Assembly: GCA_040752415.1 (NCBI GenBank)
Contig: JBFMGU010000016.1
Location: forward strand, 1 to 64,000
DNA length: 64,000 nt
Origin: Myxococcota bacterium
Lineage (GTDB): Bacteria > Myxococcota > JACRCW01
Reading direction: 5' to 3'
How positions within the stretch are numbered: the first letter of the stretch is position 1; every line of letters starts with the position of its first letter. A model generated the notes under the pieces. It was not told where the DNA came from and searched no databases. It was given only the letters and a program-made list of their open reading frames with translations. Positions 56,851 through 64,000 of the stretch are shown here, one piece after another. The translations under genes and the position numbers were made by a program.

Positions 56851-57831
56851 ATGGCCGACACCCGCAACGTGAAGCTGACATGGCATCGCTCGCGGCAGGT
56901 GTACGGCCGGAAGCTCAGGGATCGACGTCGTGCGGCCGTGGTGCTGATGGTGCTGGGCGTGGCCATCATCGGCGCGTCCATGGTGCTGCAGGCGTTCCCC
57001 GCCTTGGCCAGCCAGACCATGGTTCCGCCGCTGCTGTTGGGAATGCTGAGTGTGTTCGTGTGGGGTCCCGGCGTCGTCATGCTCATCGACACGTCGCGAC
57101 ACAAGCTGCAGTTCCACCAGGGTCCGCAACACCGGGAGCCGTGGCGGTTTGACCATCCCTGGTCGCCGGGCGGCACCCTCGACGACGGCGACGGTCACGT
57201 GGGCTACTGGCTGGGACACGCCGCCGTCATCGTGCTGGCGGTGAGCCCATTCGTGTGGTCCTCATCCATCGGGAAGACGCGGCCGCAGGACCAGGGCCTC
57301 GCGCTGTTCGGCCTGGCGGTCGCGGGAATGTTCTTCGTGCATGGCATGTACCGGCTGCTGCAGCGACGGAAGTACGGTCGGTCCCGCATCCGGTTCGAGC
57401 GCTTTCCCTACTTCGTCGACGAACCGGTGGCCTTCCACTTCCGCATCCCGCCCGCGCTCGTTCTCGACGGTCCGCTGCAGTTCACCTTGCGCCACATCCA
57501 GGAACGGCAGGAGTGCGTGGAGCATCACGACCACCATCAACGTCGGCGGCTCTTCCAGCGCAGGAAGAAACGCAGGTACGTCCACGTCTCCTACCAGGTG
57601 TGGGCCGACACGCTGGCGATTCCGGCGCACGAGGTCCGGATGAACCGTCGTGGCGGCGAGCTGCGCGTGCAGCTGGATGCGCCCGGTTGCAGCCACGTGA
57701 ACCGGCTGATGGACTGGCCGCCGGCCTACTGGGAGCTCGAGGTGCGCGCGGAGACGCCCGGCATCGACTACCGCGCCACCTTCCTGCTGCCCATCTACGC
57801 CCGCGCCACGCCAAACGTGAGGAACCCATGA
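56851..57831 (+). CDS. Membrane protein of unknown function
   Basis: About four TM helices, then KYGRSR...WELEVRAETPGIDYRATFLLPIY; GGGAG before ATG 56851. Confidence 0.75.
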   Translation: MADTRNVKLTWHRSRQVYGRKLRDRRRAAVVLMVLGVAIIGASMVLQAFPALASQTMVPPLLLGMLSVFVWGPGVVMLIDTSRHKLQFHQGPQHREPWRFDHPWSPGGTLDDGDGHVGYWLGHAAVIVLAVSPFVWSSSIGKTRPQDQGLALFGLAVAGMFFVHGMYRLLQRRKYGRSRIRFERFPYFVDEPVAFHFRIPPALVLDGPLQFTLRHIQERQECVEHHDHHQRRRLFQRRKKRRYVHVSYQVWADTLAIPAHEVRMNRRGGELRVQLDAPGCSHVNRLMDWPPAYWELEVRAETPGIDYRATFLLPIYARATPNVRNP

Positions 57832-58190
57832 GACTCTACGGCTTCCTGCTTATTCTCGTCGTCACCGCGGCGTGTCGGGAGGATGCGAGCGCGGCTCCCG
57901 CCCAGACGCCTCAGGCGCGCATCAACCCGAAGACCTTGCCGGAAGTGACCTCCCTCCCGGAGGCGTGGCGCGCCTGCCAGGCCGCGGCGGATTGCGCCTT
58001 CGCGGGAGACGGCTGCCGCAGCTGCAACGGGCGTGTCGTCGTCAACAAGCGCTTTCTCGAGGAGTTCCAGCAGTGGGACGCGCGCTGGCGCAAGGAGGCC
58101 AACTTCACCGCCGCGTGTGAGGCCTGCGCCCGCCCGACGGAGCGGCTGGCCTGCGAGCGCAACCTGTGTGTGGAAATGCCGCCGCCTTGA
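57828..58190 (+). CDS. Small Cys-rich lipoprotein
   Basis: Lipobox TAAC; ACQAAADC...GCRSC...ACEAC...ACERNLC; ATGA overlap with the previous gene. Confidence 0.75.
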   Translation: MRLYGFLLILVVTAACREDASAAPAQTPQARINPKTLPEVTSLPEAWRACQAAADCAFAGDGCRSCNGRVVVNKRFLEEFQQWDARWRKEANFTAACEACARPTERLACERNLCVEMPPP

Positions 58191-58309
58191 CGTCGTCACG
58201 GGCATCATGAACCACCAACCGACCGAGCGCCCTGCCCCGCCGCGTGGGAAGGGGTGGCGAGGCGGCCCGACTCACGGCAAGCTGTCCCATCCCCTCTCGA
58301 GGTGAACAC

Positions 58310-61078
58310 ATGCGTGTGGGCGGTCATGCCAAGGGAACGCTGGCGCTGTTGCTGATGTGGGCCGGCGGCTCGTGCAACTGCGAGGATCCGAACCTGACGG
58401 AGCCGGTGTGCAAGTTCAACGTCATCCCGCACGACCGCACGCCCAGCGACCCGCCCGAGGCCAACACCGAGCCGTTGCGCTTTGGCGAGGTGCAGAAGGG
58501 CAACAGCCGCACGCAGTACATCACCATCGACAACACGCAGAGCAACGTCCCGCTCAACCAGCTCTCCATCACCTTCAGTGAGGCCAACAAGGACAGCTAC
58601 GCGCTGGAGAGCGCCATCCCCGAGGTGCCGCCGCAGCAGACCGTGCGCGTCGGCGTGGTGTTCTCGCCGGTGCCCATCGAGGGGAACATCGGCAACACCA
58701 TGACCATCAGCCACCCGCAGATCGAGAGCGTGAGCTGCCCGGTCTACACCGTGACACTGATCGGCCGTGCGCTTCCCCCGGACCCGCCCGACGCCGGCCC
58801 GCGCGACTCCGGCGAGGCGCCCACCGACGCGGCACCGCGCGACGCGGGTCGTGACGCCGGCGTGATCTATCCGCGCCCGGAGGCCGGTCCGCCGCTCACC
58901 GACGCGGGCCACTTCGAGACGCGTGGCGGTCTCCTCACCGCGCGCACGCAGTTTGGCGCGGCCCTGCTGCCAAGCGGTGAGATCCTCGTCGTGGGCGGGT
59001 TTGATGATTCCGGGCAGGTGCTCGCCACCACGGAGATCTTCAACCCGTGGACCGGCTTCTCCCGCAAGGGGCCGCCCATGAACGACGCGCGTGGCGGTCA
59101 CTCCGTCACCACGCTCGCCAACGGTCGCATCCTCGTCTACGGCGGCGTCGACAGTGGCGCCGTCAACACCGCGCTGGTGCGCAAGAGCGTGGAGATCTTC
59201 GACCCCGCCACCAGCACCTGGACCCGCACCGAGATCGACGAGGGACGCTCCGAGCACGTGGCGGTGGGCCTGGGCGACCGCGTGCTCATGGCCTACGGCC
59301 TGACCAACGCCGTCGGCGGGGAGCCGCTCACGCTGGCCTCCGGCGCGTTCACCATCGACGGCGACGGTGTGAAGGGCGCGGTGGCGGCGAACGGCAACGC
59401 GGGCGCTGGGCGCATTGGCGTCGCGGTGGTGGCGGTGGAGGACGGCACGGTCCTGTTCATCGGCGGGTACGACGGCACGGCGCTGCTGAACCAGGTGGTG
59501 CGTTATGAGGCCGGGAGCATGGGCGCCATCAACGCGGTGCTCACCACGCCGCGCGTGTTTGCCTCCGGCGCGCGCTTCAAGGACGGCCCGCTCGTCGTGG
59601 CGGGGGGACTGGGCACGGAGGGCGCGCTCACCGACGCCGAGCAGATGGTCCTGGAGGGTGACTCCTCGACGTGGACGTTCGCTCCCGTGATTGGACCGGT
59701 GGCCGGACGTCTGAGCGGGCTGGCGCTGCGCGTTTCCGACGACGTCATCCTGCTTGCCGGTGGCACCGACCCAATCCCGCAGGACGGCAACGTGCTGGCG
59801 CGCCAGGACGCGGAGCTGCTCATCCACGTGCAGAGCGTGGGCGTCCTCCCCGCCGGCACGCTCAATGACCTCAGCGTCCCGCGCGTCAATGCCACCGCGG
59901 TTCCCTACGACGGCGGCGTCATGGTGCTGGGCGGAAGCGCCACCGCTCCTCGTCGGAGCGCGCGCCCGGATGCGGACCGGTTCCTGCCCGCGTTCAACCG
60001 CTTCGAGTCCGCGGGGACGCTGGGACCGGGTGGCGCGTACACCGGCGCGGCGAATGACAAGATGCTGATCGCCGGCGGCGTGGACCTCTCCAGCGGGCGC
60101 GCCACCAACCGCACCCGCGTGTTCCAGTTCGAGGACGACGCGTTCGTCGAGGGACCGCGCATGCTGGTGGCCCGTTCCGACGCCACCGCCACGCTGCTGC
60201 CCAACGCGGACATCCTGATTGCCGGCGGCACCGACCCCAACGGCAACGCGCTCTCCCACGCAGAGCGCATGGCCGGCGGGCTGGAGCAGAGCGAGGCGGT
60301 GGGGCCCATGGTGCTGGCGCGTCGTCGTCACACGGCCACGGCGCTGCTGGATGGTCGCGTGCTCCTCTGCGGCGGTCTCTCCACCGACAACGCCGCGCTG
60401 GACACCTGCGAGCTGTACGACCCCGAGGACGACACGTTCGTCGCCGTGACCGGGCGCATGATCCGCGGCCGCTACGACCACACCGCCACGCTGCTGGACG
60501 ACGGTCGCGTGTTCATCACCGGCGGCAACGACCCCGCGCTCGGTCCCTTCAAGGGCAACATCTTCGACCCGGTGAGCGACTCGCTCACGCCCACGTCGGG
60601 CTCCGGCATCGCGCGTCGCGGCCACGTGGCGCTGCTGGTGGGCGTGGGGCGCGTGCTGATTGCGGGCGGTGAGACCTACGTGGGCGCGCGCGTGCCCGCG
60701 GATTCCGCCGAGGTCTTTGACGTGTTTAGCGGCGTGTACGACCCCACCGACTCCATGGACGAGCCGCGCGAACAGCCCGCGGGCCTGGTGTTCGCCAACG
60801 GCGTGGTGCTCGTCACCGGCGGCGCGCAGACCGTCACCAATGACCCCGACTACAACACGCGCGCCCTCAAGCGCACCGAGCTGTATGACCCCGCGGTGTT
60901 GCCGCTGGGGGAGTTCCGCAACATCGACATGCCGCTCAGCACGCCCCGCGCGCGCGCCGTGGGCGTGGACTCGCTGGGACACCAGGTCGTGGTGGGTGGA
61001 GAAGGACGCCACGGCAACGTGGGAGCGGGCGTGGAAGCGCGCGTGCCGCTGACCACCGTGGACCTGTGGGTTCCCTGA
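58310..61078 (+). CDS. Exported Kelch-repeat protein with N-terminal Ig-like domain
   Basis: Repeats ARxxHTATLLxDGRVLxxGG...ELYDP; LRFGEV...ITIDN Ig-like domain; DAG linker; signal with GSCNC. Confidence 0.88.
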   Translation: MRVGGHAKGTLALLLMWAGGSCNCEDPNLTEPVCKFNVIPHDRTPSDPPEANTEPLRFGEVQKGNSRTQYITIDNTQSNVPLNQLSITFSEANKDSYALESAIPEVPPQQTVRVGVVFSPVPIEGNIGNTMTISHPQIESVSCPVYTVTLIGRALPPDPPDAGPRDSGEAPTDAAPRDAGRDAGVIYPRPEAGPPLTDAGHFETRGGLLTARTQFGAALLPSGEILVVGGFDDSGQVLATTEIFNPWTGFSRKGPPMNDARGGHSVTTLANGRILVYGGVDSGAVNTALVRKSVEIFDPATSTWTRTEIDEGRSEHVAVGLGDRVLMAYGLTNAVGGEPLTLASGAFTIDGDGVKGAVAANGNAGAGRIGVAVVAVEDGTVLFIGGYDGTALLNQVVRYEAGSMGAINAVLTTPRVFASGARFKDGPLVVAGGLGTEGALTDAEQMVLEGDSSTWTFAPVIGPVAGRLSGLALRVSDDVILLAGGTDPIPQDGNVLARQDAELLIHVQSVGVLPAGTLNDLSVPRVNATAVPYDGGVMVLGGSATAPRRSARPDADRFLPAFNRFESAGTLGPGGAYTGAANDKMLIAGGVDLSSGRATNRTRVFQFEDDAFVEGPRMLVARSDATATLLPNADILIAGGTDPNGNALSHAERMAGGLEQSEAVGPMVLARRRHTATALLDGRVLLCGGLSTDNAALDTCELYDPEDDTFVAVTGRMIRGRYDHTATLLDDGRVFITGGNDPALGPFKGNIFDPVSDSLTPTSGSGIARRGHVALLVGVGRVLIAGGETYVGARVPADSAEVFDVFSGVYDPTDSMDEPREQPAGLVFANGVVLVTGGAQTVTNDPDYNTRALKRTELYDPAVLPLGEFRNIDMPLSTPRARAVGVDSLGHQVVVGGEGRHGNVGAGVEARVPLTTVDLWVP

Positions 61079-61168
61079 ATCTCCGCGTCCTGACGCGCTT
61101 TCCTTGCGTTTCCCACTGATCTACACGCGCTCCCACGCTTCCGCCGCGGTGGCGGCTCAGGCAGGGAG

Positions 61169-62953
61169 ATGCGCATGGGAATCAGCACGGCTCGTCGTTG
61201 GTCGGTGTTGCTTGGGGTGTGGGCGCTGGGGACGCTCGGGTGCACGGGGGCCAACCCCGGCTCGGGCGGAACGGATGGTTCCACGTCGTCGTCATCCGGC
61301 CTGGTGACGGAGAGCTCTTCTTCCTCCTCCTCCAGCAGCGGTGAGGCGGGCTCGTCGTCCTCGTCGTCATCATCGGGCGCGGCCAGCAGCTCCGGGGATC
61401 CCTCCTCCAGCTCCAGCGCCTCCGTCTCGTCGTCGGCGTCTTCCTCCTCGGGTGACGTGGGCGGGTCCAGCAGCAGCTCCTCCTCCAGCTCCGGCGCGTC
61501 GTCGTCGTCCAGCTCCTCCTCGTCGGGTGACGTGGGTGGCAGCTCCAGCAGCGGGGCGTCGTCCAGCAACGGCTCCTCCAGCAGCGGCGGCGCCAGCTCG
61601 TCGAGCTCCGGCGCGGGGAGCAGCTCGTCGTCGGGCGGGAACGTGTCTTCCAGCAGCTCCGGCGGCCCCATCCCCAGCTTCCACTGCGACGACAACCCGC
61701 CCACCAACACCGCCAGCCAGCGCGCCATCAACGTCCCGCTCGGCGTCACCGCCACCGCGCAGGTGAGCTGCCTCCCATCCACCACCACGTACTGGTGGAA
61801 GAGCACCGGCAGCTTCACGGCGGGTCAGCTCATCAGCCTCAGCGCCACGTTCGCGGGGGGCACGCAGGGTGACTGGGACTTCGAGGTTGGCGTGCTGGAC
61901 AACGGCACCTTCGAGGCCGGCGTACCGCTGCTGAACACCTCCTGCGCTACCGACGGAAATGAGAACTGTGTCGTCGAGCTTCCCGCCACGGCGGATACCT
62001 ACGGGGAAGTCTACGTGCGCGCCTACTGGTACGCGGGTGGCGACGCCACGTTCGACCTCACCATCAACGTGGTCACCGACGACGGCGGCCCGTACGACTG
62101 CAACACCGACCCGCCACTGAACACGCACCCCGTTCGCGCCATTGCCGCCACGCTGGGCACCACGCTGACGGGCCAGGTGGTCTGCACGCCGCTGGAGGCC
62201 GTGTACTGGTGGAAGGCCGCGGGCGACTTCCAGACCGGCGAGATCATCCACCTGCAGGCGGTGTTCGGGCAGCAGAGCACCTCCGACGTGGACTTCGACG
62301 TGGGCTTCCTGGACAACGGCCAGTTCGTTGCGGGCACCACGCCGGCGGGCAGCGGCTGCGCCACCCAGGGAGGCGAGGATTGCCTCGTCGAGCTGCCCGA
62401 GGTGGACAACGCGCCCGCCAGCTTCCCGGAGATCTACGTGCGCGCGCGCTTCTATGCCGCCGCCGACGACACCTTTGATCTGACACTGAATCTCGTGGAC
62501 CCCAACGGCGGCGATCCCACGACGCACAACTGCACGGACAACCTGCCGCTCAACACGCGGCCGGAGCGCGCCATCGTCGTTACCCCCGGCACCGCGTTGG
62601 CAACCCAGGCGGCGTGTCTGCCCGTGGAGACGGTGTACTGGTGGAAGGCCACCGGTTCGTTCCAGACGTTGGACGCGTTCCGCCTGCAGATTGACTACGC
62701 CCAGGGCCAGCAGGGGGACGTGGACTTCCACGTTGGCGTGATCGACGCCGACGGCACCTTCCGGCCCGGAAACGTGACCACGCCGGACGGCTGCAACACC
62801 GAAGGACCGGAGGACTGCACCACGGAGCTGCCGGTCGACGACAACGGCGCCAACACCACCTACGACGCGGTGTACGTGCGCGGTCAGATCTACACGGACT
62901 CCTTCGTGACCGCCGCGGACGCCACCTTCAACCTGACGCTCACCGGACCGTGA
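61169..62953 (+). CDS. Ser-rich lipoprotein with three tandem ~135-aa Cys-containing domains
   Basis: Lipobox TLGC; poly-Ser linker; three repeats carrying NT..RAI, YWWK, DxDFxVG, YVR, TFxLT. Confidence 0.85.
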   Translation: MRMGISTARRWSVLLGVWALGTLGCTGANPGSGGTDGSTSSSSGLVTESSSSSSSSSGEAGSSSSSSSSGAASSSGDPSSSSSASVSSSASSSSGDVGGSSSSSSSSSGASSSSSSSSSGDVGGSSSSGASSSNGSSSSGGASSSSSGAGSSSSSGGNVSSSSSGGPIPSFHCDDNPPTNTASQRAINVPLGVTATAQVSCLPSTTTYWWKSTGSFTAGQLISLSATFAGGTQGDWDFEVGVLDNGTFEAGVPLLNTSCATDGNENCVVELPATADTYGEVYVRAYWYAGGDATFDLTINVVTDDGGPYDCNTDPPLNTHPVRAIAATLGTTLTGQVVCTPLEAVYWWKAAGDFQTGEIIHLQAVFGQQSTSDVDFDVGFLDNGQFVAGTTPAGSGCATQGGEDCLVELPEVDNAPASFPEIYVRARFYAAADDTFDLTLNLVDPNGGDPTTHNCTDNLPLNTRPERAIVVTPGTALATQAACLPVETVYWWKATGSFQTLDAFRLQIDYAQGQQGDVDFHVGVIDADGTFRPGNVTTPDGCNTEGPEDCTTELPVDDNGANTTYDAVYVRGQIYTDSFVTAADATFNLTLTGP

Positions 62954-62954
62954 A

Positions 62955-63137
62955 TCACGCCACGCTGCGCGCCGGCGGCGGGATGGTGGCAGCACGCACC
63001 GTCTCCTCCACCTGGCGCGCACCGCGGCGCAGGCCATCAAAACGACGCGCGTAGACGTACACCGCGCCGCCGAGCAGGACGGTGGCCTGGGCAAGCAGGA
63101 GGAGGGAACCGGTCATCAGGTGCTGGAAGGGGCTCAT
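62955..63137 (-). CDS. Small membrane protein (60 aa)
   Basis: One hydrophobic helix followed by basic residues; GAGG upstream; fills the gap convergent to the previous gene. Confidence 0.45.
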   Translation of the reverse strand: MSPFQHLMTGSLLLLAQATVLLGGAVYVYARRFDGLRRGARQVEETVRAATIPPPARSVA

Positions 63138-63346
63138 CGGGTAGACCTCGGCTCAAGGCGGCGCGTGCCACGCCGTCGGGGTTGGCGGAGATGTGCAAAA
63201 GGGGGACTGCGTTGCTGGCTCAGTTCTAGCGCCAGCTGGAGCCACGCGGAAATTTTTGGCTCTGGTTGGCTCCACGCGGAGCCCCCCATGCTTGCGGCGC
63301 GCGGCGCGTGCTAATGCCGTGAAAAGCGCAGATTCGAGGTGACGTG

Positions 63347-64000
63347 ATGATGGGCGTGGTCCTCCTGGCTGGGCTTTCGCTCGCCGCGCAGGTTGATACG
63401 CGGCCCTCCGTGGCGGTGCTGAAACTGGAAGCCAAGGCCGGCGTCTCCCCCGACGTGGCGGACCTGCTCGGCGGCAACCTGGTCAACCGCGTGCGCAACA
63501 AGAAGGTGTTCTCCCGCGTCCTGGCCGCCAAGGACCTGGAGATGCTGTTGGGCTTTGAGCAACAGAAGCAGCTGCTGCAGTGCGAGGAGACCTCGTGCCT
63601 CACGGAGATCGCCGGTGCGCTCGGCGTGGACTACCTCATCATCGGCTCCCTCGGGCGGCTGGGCAGTGAGGCCTGGATCTTCAATGCCTCGCTCATCAAC
63701 ACGCGCAACGCGCAGACCGCCGGCTCCGTGAGCGAGGTGGTTCCCGGCAAGGACGAGCTCGTCCTCGGACAGCAGATGGAGAACTTCGTCAACCTGCTGC
63801 TCCGCGACCTGCCCAACGCTGCTGGCGCTCCTGCCGTCGTGGCCACGCCTGCCGCCGCGCCTGCCGCAACCACCACGCCCGTGGCCACCTCCCAACCCGT
63901 GCCCGCGGATGAAGGCGGCGCGGCGCTGTCCGGCGTGGCGTTGATGGCGGCGGGTGGCGTGGGGCTGGCGCTGTCCGCGGGCCTTCTCCTGGTGGGCCTG
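63347..64000 (+). CDS. Exported CsgG/TolB-N-like domain protein (runs off the window)
   Basis: Manual translation: MMGVVLLAGLSLAAQ...SVAVLKLEAKAGVSPDVADLL...LLGFEQQKQLLQCEETSCLTEIAGALGVDYLIIGSLGRLG, a common myxobacterial domain; followed by a P/A-rich linker and a TM segment. Confidence 0.75.
   Translation, partial: MMGVVLLAGLSLAAQVDTRPSVAVLKLEAKAGVSPDVADLLGGNLVNRVRNKKVFSRVLAAKDLEMLLGFEQQKQLLQCEETSCLTEIAGALGVDYLIIGSLGRLGSEAWIFNASLINTRNAQTAGSVSEVVPGKDELVLGQQMENFVNLLLRDLPNAAGAPAVVATPAAAPAATTTPVATSQPVPADEGGAALSGVALMAAGGVGLALSAGLLLVGL

Noticed and set aside
58205..63094. Long minus-strand ORFs (935, 322 and 574 aa)
   Set aside because: Antisense shadows of the Kelch protein and the Ser-rich lipoprotein.
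1..64000. CRISPR arrays, tRNA/rRNA, transposases, integrases, T6SS/PAAR or Tc genes
   Set aside because: None recognised by eye; a covariance-model or HMM scan would be needed to exclude small RNAs completely.

Overview
High-GC bacterial DNA, very likely Myxococcota: it has MYXO-CTERM tails, a myxobacterial vegetative Zn-finger protein and many Ser- or DAG-rich exported proteins. Housekeeping content is clpS-clpA, hrpB, an MDR oxidoreductase and rpsF-rpsR-rplI with an S6:S18 leader. The left part encodes an anchored S8/FG-GAP protease, an FG-GAP lipoprotein and c-type cytochrome pair next to a RegB/RegA-type two-component system, and a lipoprotein protein-arginine deiminase behind a sigma54-like promoter. 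The main accessory locus is a ~25.7 kb minus-strand operon of six tightly coupled genes, all predicted to be exported. It encodes a ~5,700-aa adhesin-RHS/YD giant with a Cys/Gly-rich tip, a transglutaminase-like lipoprotein in the slot normally held by an immunity gene, a multidomain partner protein, a Cys-less double rhodanese, an FN3 protein and a MYXO-CTERM anchor protein. Divergent from it lies a ~6 kb type IV filament cassette (three PilC-like genes, one ATPase, four pilin-like genes, no secretin). This cassette is bracketed by a decayed direct duplicate of the giant gene's promoter and 5' end. Two palindromic intergenic elements are also present. No CRISPR, tRNA, rRNA or transposase was recognised. 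All calls come from reading motifs by eye; no database search was run.
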